In this document: positions 19,360 through 28,735 of the stretch, piece after piece | Layout of the letters: each line of letters starts with the position of its first letter | How positions within the stretch are numbered: position 1 is the stretch's first letter | IMG/VR virus record: IMGVR_UViG_3300028374_000796 | Length of the DNA stretch: 64,000 bases | Origin: a virus | Direction: 5' to 3' (one strand) | The notes under the pieces: generated by a model | Databases searched by the model: none | What the model was told of the DNA's origin: nothing | The model's input: the letters and a program-made list of their open reading frames with translations, nothing else | Translations under genes and position numbers: made by a program

Positions 19360-19854
19360 CTAATCTGAAATAACGTAAGAACGGATTGTTTCCAGAACTT
19401 TGGCCGCGTGCTTACAAACATACTGTGTGCCTCTAGGGTCTTTCTCTTTCGGATTTGCTGCGGTACCTCTAGGCTTTCCAAAAAGATAGTTACCTTTCTG
19501 TGCATGATGCTCGGGGCCTTGCCATCTCCAAAAAGGACAGGAACAAGCTATTAAGATATCTGCATCCGAAACAAAAGGTGTCTGACTTTCATCACTTAGC
19601 GCCCTTACAGACACCTCATATTTGTCACCACCACTGGTTGCCTCAAAGTCCCAATCCATAGGGATAGGATGTTTTTTAAGGCGAACTTTGACTTCATTAG
19701 AACGAGATGCTACTTCATTAGAGAGTCCAGAAAGAATATCATCTACGGTCGCCGCAGTCTTATAATTTAGGTCTGCGAATCGTATTACTAAAGGATCTGT
19801 AACCAGCCTCCATTTAGAAATGACTCTATGTACTATAGCTCTCTTATCGATCAT
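19360..19854 (-). CDS. SWIM zinc-finger protein
   Basis: ACSCPFWRWQG...CKH. Confidence 0.65.
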   Translation of the reverse strand: MIDKRAIVHRVISKWRLVTDPLVIRFADLNYKTAATVDDILSGLSNEVASRSNEVKVRLKKHPIPMDWDFEATSGGDKYEVSVRALSDESQTPFVSDADILIACSCPFWRWQGPEHHAQKGNYLFGKPRGTAANPKEKDPRGTQYVCKHAAKVLETIRSYVISD

Positions 19855-19856
19855 TA

Positions 19857-20186
19857 TTATCTTCGCACGTCATCAGGAACAGAAGGTTGATTTATTCTGA
19901 ATTTTTTGTCGCTATGATCGATTTCATCTCGCCTTCGAGTTTGGATCTTTGGGAGGTCGTCCGCAAACTCGACATCATGAATGGAACCATCTTCAAACTC
20001 TTTGTCATTTGGGTGGGGCTTTCTGGGAAGACCTCCTCCAGCTTCGCCCTCTTCTCGAAGGGTACTGAACCCATAGACCTCCGGGGTTCTACCACTCGCA
20101 CCATCAGGCTGTGAGGGTAATTGAGAAGATCCCTTTTTTAGAAAACGAAAGGCTACTCTTTTAGCTATTTTATTAAAAGAAGTCAT
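19857..20186 (-). CDS. Hypothetical protein with KIAKRVA motif
   Basis: ORF track; operon packing. Confidence 0.6.
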   Translation of the reverse strand: MTSFNKIAKRVAFRFLKKGSSQLPSQPDGASGRTPEVYGFSTLREEGEAGGGLPRKPHPNDKEFEDGSIHDVEFADDLPKIQTRRRDEIDHSDKKFRINQPSVPDDVRR

Positions 20187-20187
20187 A

Positions 20188-20553
20188 TCAGGTATCTCTC
20201 TTTACAGCATCGTCAATTCCATCACGGATATGAGCGGGAAATTTATTTTTAAGCTTCCTTTGATCAATACGAGCTGCTGCGTAAGAGACGATAGCCAAGC
20301 CTTCATCCATTCTCTCTATTAACTCTCGCATATTCGTGATCATATCTCCGGCTTCGGAATAAATATGTTCTTTTTGTTCAGAATCATCTATCAAGGATAC
20401 AGCCTTGTTATAGATTCCTTCGATTTGTTCCATGGCAAGACGAGCCTGTGAAGACCCCAGTTGCAAAACCGATGACAGTGAGGTACCCTGTGAAGATACA
20501 AGGGTCTTAGCTGCTATTTTTCTAGCCATACGTTTTTGGGTATCGTCTTTCAT
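20188..20553 (-). CDS. Hypothetical helical protein with MARKIAAK motif
   Basis: ORF track; promoter-like motif 53 nt upstream. Confidence 0.6.
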   Translation of the reverse strand: MKDDTQKRMARKIAAKTLVSSQGTSLSSVLQLGSSQARLAMEQIEGIYNKAVSLIDDSEQKEHIYSEAGDMITNMRELIERMDEGLAIVSYAAARIDQRKLKNKFPAHIRDGIDDAVKRDT

Positions 20554-20685
20554 AATAAAGGGTACGCCATGTTAGTGGTCTGGAAATACTCACTTGACCT
20601 CAGTTAGTAAAAGAATATCGAAAAACAAAAAAGCCAGACCCTTTTATATAAGAGATCCGGCTTTCTTATTGAATAAATTTAGTCT

Positions 20686-21828
20686 TTACAGACCTAGACC
20701 AAATTCTTTCTTGATTCTTTTCTTAATAGCTTCAGACTCCGAAGCATAAAGAGCACGAAGAACAATAGTATCTTCGGAAAATTCATCCTTAATACGCTGA
20801 ATCTTCTTGGTCCAATGTGCCTCGAAATCCCATTCAGGAAGTTCGGGATGAATAATCTTGGCAATTCGGTATCGAGCTTCTTTTACCGAAGGATCTAACT
20901 GGTCATCCAATTCATCTTCCGATAGTTCTTCCTCTTCCACAACCTCTTCATAGACATCTTCAACAGGTCGTCTATCATTTCGACCTTTAGTTGGAACGGG
21001 CCTTGGTTTCTGACCTACTGCACCAACTACCTGATGATCACCATCATAAGGGTTAGACGAGATAGCTCTTTCGGGCGAATCTCCAGGTTCAGTACCTGCG
21101 GCAGACCTTTGACCTACATTATGGTTATCAAAAGCAATTCCTTCCGCAACCCTTCGATTAGGATTAGCTTCGGGCTGTGACTCTCGTGCTTCTTGCGCTT
21201 CCTGTACCGTCATTGTAGGCTTTTCCAAATCATTCACAGTCTGACGAAAAGACTGATCATTCATTTTGGAAATATCAGTTTTGGAATCTGCACTAGTTTT
21301 GAACCTAACACCAATATCTTTACCGTCCTGCTGGTCTCCAATAATGGTAGGATGTCTTGGGCTTCGATCCTGAGGGCCTTGACCATCTCCCCTAACCGCG
21401 ACAGCGGTGTTGGTAGAGGTTTTTGAAGCCCTTGTGGCATTGATCTGATCTTGACTCTTTCGATTGCCTTCATTCAAAAAAGTATCTCTTTGATTGACTG
21501 TAGATACTACTCTCTCTTCATCCGAGATTTCAGTAGTTCCATCCGAAACAGTGTCTTCTTGTTGTGGGGTAGCTCCACTAAGAGGAATCTCAGCAGAAGA
21601 TGGTCGATACGAAGCATGATTTCCTGCTTCTGATTTTTCAACCAACCATGGAGGCGTTGCTTTAATAGCTGCCCTTAATTTGGGCATCTTAAACTTCTCG
21701 CCTGCGATGATAGCAATCTGACCGTTGAACTCTACTTCGTCTCCTTGGTAGATGGTCTCTGATGTACTTTCATCAAGACTTACAGTAAATTTTGTAGTTG
21801 AAACGTATCTCTTAAACTCTCTAGGCAT
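20686..21828 (-). CDS. Hypothetical protein with disordered middle
   Basis: ORF track; GGGAG SD; terminator downstream. Confidence 0.7.
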   Translation of the reverse strand: MPREFKRYVSTTKFTVSLDESTSETIYQGDEVEFNGQIAIIAGEKFKMPKLRAAIKATPPWLVEKSEAGNHASYRPSSAEIPLSGATPQQEDTVSDGTTEISDEERVVSTVNQRDTFLNEGNRKSQDQINATRASKTSTNTAVAVRGDGQGPQDRSPRHPTIIGDQQDGKDIGVRFKTSADSKTDISKMNDQSFRQTVNDLEKPTMTVQEAQEARESQPEANPNRRVAEGIAFDNHNVGQRSAAGTEPGDSPERAISSNPYDGDHQVVGAVGQKPRPVPTKGRNDRRPVEDVYEEVVEEEELSEDELDDQLDPSVKEARYRIAKIIHPELPEWDFEAHWTKKIQRIKDEFSEDTIVLRALYASESEAIKKRIKKEFGLGL

Positions 21829-21970
21829 AAAATACTCCCGCTCTTTTTCCAGTTATAGGGACATACCCTTTTCAGGGTTGTGAGAGAACTCGACTCTCTC
21901 TACCTCTATATAGAGGATAAATAGAATACCGGAAAATAACGGAAATATAAGGTTTTTTGGCGGAAATACT

Positions 21971-22285
21971 TTAGATATCTTTGTATTTTTCTATGAGTTC
22001 TTCTCGGGTCAACTCGGTTTCGTTTTCGCCTGCCCTATTAAAAGAAATCAAATCCTCAAAAGTAATATGAGGCGGAATAGCAGAAGTGCCTGTCCTTTCT
22101 ACCCTCTCCATCCTCTCAAGGAAGTCTTTAGCCTTGTCTTGATAACGCCACTCATACCATTCCCGGAAATCCTCTAAAGGCATCAGCGGAGACGTGGGAC
22201 AGTCTACGACGGAGGACCACTCCATATAAAGGTCTTCGGGAGTATTGGTTTCTTCTTTGTCTACTTTTAAGATATATCTAGGCAT
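21971..22285 (-). CDS. Hypothetical protein
   Basis: ORF track; GAGG SD. Confidence 0.6.
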   Translation of the reverse strand: MPRYILKVDKEETNTPEDLYMEWSSVVDCPTSPLMPLEDFREWYEWRYQDKAKDFLERMERVERTGTSAIPPHITFEDLISFNRAGENETELTREELIEKYKDI

Positions 22286-22303
22286 CTTTTCTACCTCTAT
22301 TTA

Positions 22304-24016
22304 TTATGCAGCTATTTTTTGCAGGTACAGTCTTACTGCTTTCGTTAAAGATCTTCCATTATTGCGAAGATCGGGGTTCTTCAATAGAACTGTTCGGGCA
22401 CTTTCCATTAGCAGACGGATATCAGGACCTTGAATACCAAACTCTTTGATAAGAGCTTTCGTATCCATTACTTTGCCCGGCTGTTTGAGGATATTGACAA
22501 AATTGCCAGCTTCTGGTGAACCTAGCTGGATGGTGACCGTTCTTAGAAGATCCATTTGGTACTGGTCCAAGAATCGAATTCGGGCAGCTAAGGGCAATCC
22601 AATATCCATCATATCAAAAAGAAAGAAAACCTTAGCATCTCGTTGTGCCCAATTAAGAAGGGTGGAACGAAAAGCCTTATCTTTTTCTAACATAGACGCT
22701 ACCACATCGAGAAGCCCCAGTTCTTTGAGGACTTTCAGCGTTTCCTTAGACTGACTCATATTCAGAATGTCATCAATCAAAATACTACTAATTGCATTCT
22801 GTGGCGCTTTTTTGAGCTTTCCTGCGTTTCTGCGAATAGCGTCAGCAACTAGTGGATCGATAGTGAAGCCATATTTGACTAGGAACTTTACAGCCCTAAG
22901 CATTCGGGTGGGATCGTCAGAGAAGGTTTTGTCTGGGTCACTAGGACACCTCATAACGCCTTCTTCAAGGTCGTCAAGTCCACAACCAGTGAGATCGATG
23001 ATCTCTGCTTTGTCGGGTCCCTGAGCGAGATGAGATAGCTGCCACATAAGAGTGTTAAAAGTAAACTCTCTTCTCTCGATATCTTTCTCGATGGGAGCAA
23101 GGCCGACCTCTGAGGGTTTATACCCCTTTCCTTCTTCCCCACCATAGGACTCTTCTAGGGCATTAGCGATTTCAATTACTTCACCTTGAAGATCACGTCC
23201 GTCAACTTCCCATGGACCGCTAACAGTAAGGATAGCAACTCCATATTGATTGGTCTGCAAGGATGTCTGTGCTGGAATTGAGGAAGCTAATTCCTTAGCG
23301 AACCATTCGGAATCTTTATTGCCTTCGGGATCAATAGATAGGGAGTCTATCATTACATCAATGTCTTTGATCGGTCTTTCGATCACAAAGTTTCTGACGG
23401 CTCCTCCTACAACATAAACATGATCTCCAATACCAAGACCTGTTGCAACGGAGGACAAGAACTTCATGAGGGCTACGGACTTCTCATGGGATTCCGAAGT
23501 CATGGTGCGTGTGGCAATTCGTTGTGTTATCTGAGGACGTTCCATTTTAGACTCTGCCTTTTTAGACTCTGCCTTTTTTATTCTTCTTCCCAATAAGTAA
23601 AGATGTTCCTCATGCTGACTTACCATACTTGATAGAAGATCGTCAAGTCCGGGCGTCATTAGGTTATCATTTTCTAATATAGTAATAGCATATTTCAAAG
23701 AACTGACCAGGATAGTCTCTGCTCTCATAGAGCACGATACGGGACAATCTTCTTTGGCAAACTCATCTACCATCCAACTTAAATCCTCTACCATTTTAAG
23801 AAGGTCTATTTCATACCCGTCCAGACCGATAATACGTTCTGCTAATGCGTCTACTTCTACTGCAATAGCATCATATAGACGCTCCAACAATAGGTGGTCA
23901 GAGTAGGAAGAAGGTCCTGTAATAACCCAATGGGTATGCTGGTGCTGGATAGCTACCGCTTTGAGACAGGATAATAGAATGGTAAGTAGTTTGGGCCGTA
24001 GGAGGATGGAGGTCAT
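22304..24016 (-). CDS. Dps/ferritin-like domain fused to CCA-adding/poly(A) polymerase-family nucleotidyltransferase
   Basis: N-terminal HQHTHWVITGPSSYSDHLLLERLY...VDALAERI; C-terminal YVVGGAVRN...KDIDV, DIERREFTFN, FSDDPTRMLRAVKF. Confidence 0.85.
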   Translation of the reverse strand: MTSILLRPKLLTILLSCLKAVAIQHQHTHWVITGPSSYSDHLLLERLYDAIAVEVDALAERIIGLDGYEIDLLKMVEDLSWMVDEFAKEDCPVSCSMRAETILVSSLKYAITILENDNLMTPGLDDLLSSMVSQHEEHLYLLGRRIKKAESKKAESKMERPQITQRIATRTMTSESHEKSVALMKFLSSVATGLGIGDHVYVVGGAVRNFVIERPIKDIDVMIDSLSIDPEGNKDSEWFAKELASSIPAQTSLQTNQYGVAILTVSGPWEVDGRDLQGEVIEIANALEESYGGEEGKGYKPSEVGLAPIEKDIERREFTFNTLMWQLSHLAQGPDKAEIIDLTGCGLDDLEEGVMRCPSDPDKTFSDDPTRMLRAVKFLVKYGFTIDPLVADAIRRNAGKLKKAPQNAISSILIDDILNMSQSKETLKVLKELGLLDVVASMLEKDKAFRSTLLNWAQRDAKVFFLFDMMDIGLPLAARIRFLDQYQMDLLRTVTIQLGSPEAGNFVNILKQPGKVMDTKALIKEFGIQGPDIRLLMESARTVLLKNPDLRNNGRSLTKAVRLYLQKIAA

Positions 24017-24031
24017 AGGAAAAACTCGATA

Positions 24032-24490
24032 TTAGAGAAGTTTTTGTTGTCCGTAAAATTCGGGGATGAATTGCATTTCTAATACCTCTATTCCACAATC
24101 TCTTTTATATACAGATGCACTAAACTTATCTTCATCAGAACACCAATCCTCCTCATAAGGAATGGTGAAATTTAGAAGATCAGAATCAAGGTCATCTTCT
24201 ACTTCCGCTTCAATAAGTTTCTTTAAGGCATTGAATGTATAAACAGGAAGTGATTCCTTGAATTGACTGGCGCTTTCTTTAGGGTCTTCATGAAAAATAA
24301 TTCTAGCTTCTACACGGCCATCTAAATATTTCAAAGAAATAATAGTAACAGGGATATCGTATTGTTTCTCGAAGTGATATTTGAGGTGGGAGGAAATATC
24401 CTCTGAGATGTCTTTTCTTATAGCAAGGGTGCGATGACCGTTATTTGCTTCCCATTTCAACTTCACTCTTACAGCATCTTCCTTTTGCAT
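24032..24490 (-). CDS. Hypothetical protein, paralog of 24501..25181
   Basis: Shared PVT, EDP..SA, LLNF.I and IPE[FY]YGQQ[KR]L blocks. Confidence 0.7.
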   Translation of the reverse strand: MQKEDAVRVKLKWEANNGHRTLAIRKDISEDISSHLKYHFEKQYDIPVTIISLKYLDGRVEARIIFHEDPKESASQFKESLPVYTFNALKKLIEAEVEDDLDSDLLNFTIPYEEDWCSDEDKFSASVYKRDCGIEVLEMQFIPEFYGQQKLL

Positions 24491-24500
24491 AATAGTAATC

Positions 24501-25181
24501 TCATTTCGTTATTTTATCTAAAATTGGTCGAATATCGTCTCTAAGCTCGGGGGCTTCCTCACCTAACGAGATAAGAGACTGTTTAAGTCCTGCTTTTTCA
24601 TTACTTGATAATTTAGCAAAGAGCCGTTGCTGTCCATAATACTCAGGAATATACTCAATAGGATCAACCCAAATTTCTGCATATTCAAATCCATCAAAAG
24701 TATCTTCATCATGATGAATGGCAAAATTGAGCAATTCAAGATTACCTTTTGGACCCTCTTCTCTAACCATCTCTGCCAACGAGTCTTTCACTACATCCTT
24801 AACAATGTTGGAAATTTTCTGTGCAGAATGTTGAGGGTCTTCCCTGAGAATAATAGTAGCACTCATCATATCAACTTTCAACCTTTCTACGATAGGAACC
24901 GTAACCGGAGTATCGAATTCCTTTTTAAATCCTCTACCCAAATAGCGTTTTATTTTGGTAATATGATCACTTTCTAATTTCTCTCCATCCCAGTATCTGG
25001 GGGGAAGGTGAGTTTCCCATCGAACTTCAATTTTTACCGCTTTGCTTTTCTTGGGCATATAAGATCTCGCTATTAGATTTAAGTAAAAAAAATAGCCCCG
25101 CCCACACCGGGGAATGTGAACGGGGCTGGACGGTGTGACGACAGAGGGGGTGAAATGGAGGTCTCTGCGCCTATCCGACAC
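24501..25181 (-). CDS. Hypothetical paralog with C-terminal LISLG-PELR motif; probable start 25058
   Basis: MPKKSKAVKIEVRWE...; ends GLKQSLISLGEEAPELRDDIRPILDKITK. Confidence 0.7.
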   Translation of the reverse strand: MSDRRRDLHFTPSVVTPSSPVHIPRCGRGYFFYLNLIARSYMPKKSKAVKIEVRWETHLPPRYWDGEKLESDHITKIKRYLGRGFKKEFDTPVTVPIVERLKVDMMSATIILREDPQHSAQKISNIVKDVVKDSLAEMVREEGPKGNLELLNFAIHHDEDTFDGFEYAEIWVDPIEYIPEYYGQQRLFAKLSSNEKAGLKQSLISLGEEAPELRDDIRPILDKITK

Positions 25182-25202
25182 TATCAGTAAAAGACAAAAA
25201 CT

Positions 25203-25748
25203 TTATTGGGGAAACAACTCATAAAATCGTGCTAAAAATTTAGCGCTTGCTTCTTGGTGTGTCCAACCCTGGATATCAGGTTTCATTGAAATAGGAGGAT
25301 CAAGTCCTTTTAAATCTTCCCATTCCTCTTTGGAAGGTCCCATTACTTCATGACGTTCCCAATAGAGCATTTGAAGGTCTGCTAATTTAACTGCATTAGA
25401 AAGGGGATAAGTAAGGCCGTACTTGTTATAAATAACTTCAAGGACATGATCTTCTATAGGATCAATAAGGGGGGAAAGGATTCGCTTCAAAGGCTTAGGA
25501 ATATCTCCTACATAAGCCTCACTAGCATCGTGCATGAAGGCTTCCTTTACATGGTGAGGAGGAACCATATAGGAAATATGATAAAGGTGCTCTGCTACCG
25601 AATAGAAAGGATCACACATGCCCCCGAATCTACAGGTTTTTCCTAAGGCATGTGCGATATCTCTAATGTCAATAGCGTCTATTTCGGGATTAAGAAAATA
25701 AAATTTCTTGCCCGTATAAGTCTGAATGTACATATTTTCCAAATTCAT
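25203..25748 (-). CDS. HD-domain hydrolase (YfbR-like 5'-deoxynucleotidase family)
   Basis: IDIRDIAHAL..TCRFGG...YSVAEH...MHDASEAYVGDIPKPLK...KLADL. Confidence 0.85.
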   Translation of the reverse strand: MNLENMYIQTYTGKKFYFLNPEIDAIDIRDIAHALGKTCRFGGMCDPFYSVAEHLYHISYMVPPHHVKEAFMHDASEAYVGDIPKPLKRILSPLIDPIEDHVLEVIYNKYGLTYPLSNAVKLADLQMLYWERHEVMGPSKEEWEDLKGLDPPISMKPDIQGWTHQEASAKFLARFYELFPQ

Positions 25749-25810
25749 ATTCGTTCTCCATTGTTAGAGTTACCACTCATAGAACGAATGTAAACAGGGT
25801 TTTTGTTCCC

Positions 25811-26395
25811 TTACCCTTTTCCGTTGGCACAAAAGCCTACGCTCAGAGTAGCAATTCCTTTGGGATTAGAAATAGCCATTCCCAATTCTAATTCATTTTC
25901 TCCGTCTTCATCTTCGGAACGGATAGCGAAAATTCCAAGAAATTCTGGAGCAGGTAGAACATAAACGCTGGTGGGGGGCATTTCTGCATGAACATAGACC
26001 GTCACTCCTATTACTTGACCTTCATGTGTTACCCCTGACGAAAATTCACGGGTTCTTACCAAAGCTCCAGGGAACTCGTTTTCAAAATCCTCTAAGAGTC
26101 TGGACGGGAGTAGGACATTTTGGGCTATAAGGTCTTGCTTCTCTAAGGTTGCTATGGCATCATAAAAAGAAGACTTCGTAAAATAGCCAGAAGTAGTGTG
26201 AAGAGGGGAGTCACTCCAGACTCGGGCGGAATTTAATAGGGAGAACAATGCTGCATCTTCCCTCTCTACTTGATTAGATACGGTAGACAACCCCACATCG
26301 GAATTCTGAATCGGATTCGGTCCTTGAGAAATATTTAGAAAAATTTGTAAAAAGGATCTAACCAGGGTATATAGGGTGTAAGAGAGAGGAAACAA
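25811..26395 (-). CDS. Truncated paralog of the major capsid protein C-terminal half
   Basis: FYDAIATLEKQDL / MPPTSVYVLPAPEFLGIFAIR / NPKGIATLSV align by eye to LADAFAEIERHDL / VPPGYVYVCCDPEMFGRIPVR / NPRGLCRLVV. Confidence 0.6.
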   Translation of the reverse strand: MFPLSYTLYTLVRSFLQIFLNISQGPNPIQNSDVGLSTVSNQVEREDAALFSLLNSARVWSDSPLHTTSGYFTKSSFYDAIATLEKQDLIAQNVLLPSRLLEDFENEFPGALVRTREFSSGVTHEGQVIGVTVYVHAEMPPTSVYVLPAPEFLGIFAIRSEDEDGENELELGMAISNPKGIATLSVGFCANGKG

Positions 26396-26514
26396 CCGAA
26401 ACCGACCTCAAAGGGAAAAGAGCCGCTTAAGAGCCAAACGGTCCCAACGAGATTCGGTACATCCCGCCAAATAGAATCAAATGGCATGTGTAAATTTCTA
26501 TAAAAGGTAGATTT

Positions 26515-26739
26515 ATGATCACGAAAGATGTAGAAAAAGTAATGAAGAAACTCATTGTTCAATTATTGGAATTTCCCGATTCCAAGGTTTGTAAACACTG
26601 GGCTGCTTGCAATATCCTCTCAGAAATGGAGCAAATGGGATCTGAGGTCGTAACAAATGAGTTGGCTGGGGCGGTAATTGAGGCACGAGATGAGGACGCA
26701 GTTGCCATTCTCAACGAAAGTGACAACGAAAAGGATTGA
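26515..26739 (+). CDS. Hypothetical protein
   Basis: ORF track; coupled to 26736; AAGGT SD-like. Confidence 0.55.
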   Translation: MITKDVEKVMKKLIVQLLEFPDSKVCKHWAACNILSEMEQMGSEVVTNELAGAVIEARDEDAVAILNESDNEKD

Positions 26740-27122
26740 ACATCATGTTAGATTATTTTCTGTACAACGAAAAAGTGAAACCCCGAACTTCACTCGAACA
26801 GGCCATTCAGATTATGGCAGGTCATGAAGAGGAACATGAGTACGCTTCTGTGGCACGAAACTTCTTGGATGCCTATCTTTCCCTCTGTGAACTCTCAAAC
26901 CAAACGCCAGACACCGTAGCGGAAGAGGAAGAGAAATTGGATATCTATCAAGAAGCGTATCTCCGAATCTATAAACACCCAACCAATCGAGAAGACATTT
27001 GGCTACCCGAGAGTGTTCCTTCGGGACCAGTGCCGGTCGAAGCTTTACAGAAACTTGGTGCCATTCATGGTGGGAGAGATCGACGTCGGCTTAGGGCAAT
27101 TCAAAGTGAGGCGATGCAATAG
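26736..27122 (+). CDS. Hypothetical protein
   Basis: ORF track; ends just before a bidirectional terminator. Confidence 0.6.
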   Translation: MNIMLDYFLYNEKVKPRTSLEQAIQIMAGHEEEHEYASVARNFLDAYLSLCELSNQTPDTVAEEEEKLDIYQEAYLRIYKHPTNREDIWLPESVPSGPVPVEALQKLGAIHGGRDRRRLRAIQSEAMQ

Positions 27123-27138
27123 AACTCTGAAACAAGAA

Positions 27139-27181
27139 ATAAAAAACCCCTCTAGCCGGTAAAGGTCAGAGGGGTTTTTAT
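27139..27181. terminator. Bidirectional intrinsic terminator
   Basis: ATAAAAAACCCCTCT...AGAGGGGTTTTTAT between convergent genes. Confidence 0.8.
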
Positions 27182-27200
27182 TGCAGACTATTAGTTCTTA

Positions 27201-28352
27201 TTAGAACATGAAAGAGAACTGCAACTTACCTTCTTCATCTACAGAAACGCTTAGTGGCCAGCCGTTGTTTGCTGCAAACTTCAACAAACCTTCTTCCTGT
27301 GGTGCCAGGTGGAATGCTCCATTTTGAGAAAGAATACCTGTTGAGGGACTAGACGATTTTTTAAACTTCTGAAACCGTTTTCGAGACGGGTCCTCAAGGG
27401 TCGTATCTTCGTCATCCTCATTAGGGAATAACTCATCTACTGTTTCAAAAGAAACATTGAAAATATCTTCATCATTCTCACTGGAGACTACGTTAGCCAG
27501 AGCTTCTTGGCTTGAAGTTGCCTCCTCATCAGCGTCATTATCCGGGATGTTGAATTCAAAAACAAATTCAGCACATCGAATAGGACTACGATCTTTTCTA
27601 AGAAGGAAACCGCTCTCTTTTAGTTCTTTCAGCCCTTTTTGGACTTTCCCACTAGTGGAATCCAAAACTTCAACAATATCCTCTCGGGTGAAGTTTTTGT
27701 CTTCCTCCTGAAAAACAATGATCTGAAACAAAACTGACCTAGCATTGTCATTAAGATGCTGAAGGGCGAAGGCACTCATTTCCCTTTTAGCAGTCTCTAC
27801 GTCGCGCTTAGACGCTCTTAAGAAAGCGGAAACCAGTCTGTTATGAACCTGAGAGTACGCCAATGCATTACGATAGGGCAGATCATAGTTTTCATTACGC
27901 TCCGAAATGGGGCCAGTAGGAAGGTCAAAAAGGATCTCAGACTTCAAAGCTTGACGAGCAAAGGGCATCAGTCTTTCGATTAGATAAGGGAGATGTTTGA
28001 TACTCTTAGCCCTAGCTTGATTACTTCCCGTCATACCATCAAAGGCATTCTCCAGAATTTTGCTAATTCCATTAGCATTGATATTCCGAAACATAATTCG
28101 TTGCGGCGATAGGAAATTATCGAGATTTCCATGAACCAGACCAGGGATATTCCACACTTTCTGGAAAATGGTAGATCTGTCTGGGGAGGAAAGGGTAGGC
28201 TGTCGAAACACATTATGAACAAATTCTGCAAGACCAATCGCAAAAGCTAAGGCTCTTACTGGGTCTTCCGTTTCCAAAATGTCCTGATATTCTGCAAAAA
28301 GTTCATCACCGTATTCAGTTCTAAATCGGTTTTCATTTACTGTCGTTTTCAT
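27201..28352 (-). CDS. Hypothetical protein with winged-HTH domain
   Basis: FTREDIVEVLDSTSGKVQKGLKELKESGFLLRK; GAGG SD. Confidence 0.65.
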   Translation of the reverse strand: MKTTVNENRFRTEYGDELFAEYQDILETEDPVRALAFAIGLAEFVHNVFRQPTLSSPDRSTIFQKVWNIPGLVHGNLDNFLSPQRIMFRNINANGISKILENAFDGMTGSNQARAKSIKHLPYLIERLMPFARQALKSEILFDLPTGPISERNENYDLPYRNALAYSQVHNRLVSAFLRASKRDVETAKREMSAFALQHLNDNARSVLFQIIVFQEEDKNFTREDIVEVLDSTSGKVQKGLKELKESGFLLRKDRSPIRCAEFVFEFNIPDNDADEEATSSQEALANVVSSENDEDIFNVSFETVDELFPNEDDEDTTLEDPSRKRFQKFKKSSSPSTGILSQNGAFHLAPQEEGLLKFAANNGWPLSVSVDEEGKLQFSFMF

Positions 28353-28386
28353 TGTAATTCCTCTTTTCTAGGTTAACAAGAAGGCT

Positions 28387-28415
28387 ATTATTTCGCCCAT
28401 CTTTGATTAATGCAA
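28387..28415 (-). promoter_or_regulatory. Sigma70-like promoter for 27201..28352
   Basis: TTGCAT, 17 bp, AATAAT on the minus strand. Confidence 0.5.
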
Positions 28416-28735
28416 GGTATTCAAGGTAGGAGCCTCGTCATAAATTCCATTGGGATGAGAAAATGTGATCTGAAATTGAAATTCTGAATACCTATTCTCC
28501 ATTAAGCACAAAATCCTAATTGTCTGTAGAGAGGATCATCAGACGACATCAACACACGTCCTGCCCCAAGGAAAAATAACAATTTTAGAGGCTTGTGTAA
28601 TAAGAGTAGCAGCTTCTTGTATTTTTGTAGTCATGATTGACTTAAAATACCATAAGTAGAAGTAATAAGCAATAAAAAACCTCACTTCCTACGTGAGAAA
28701 GTGAGGCTCTTAAAACTATATACTAGAAATTAGTT

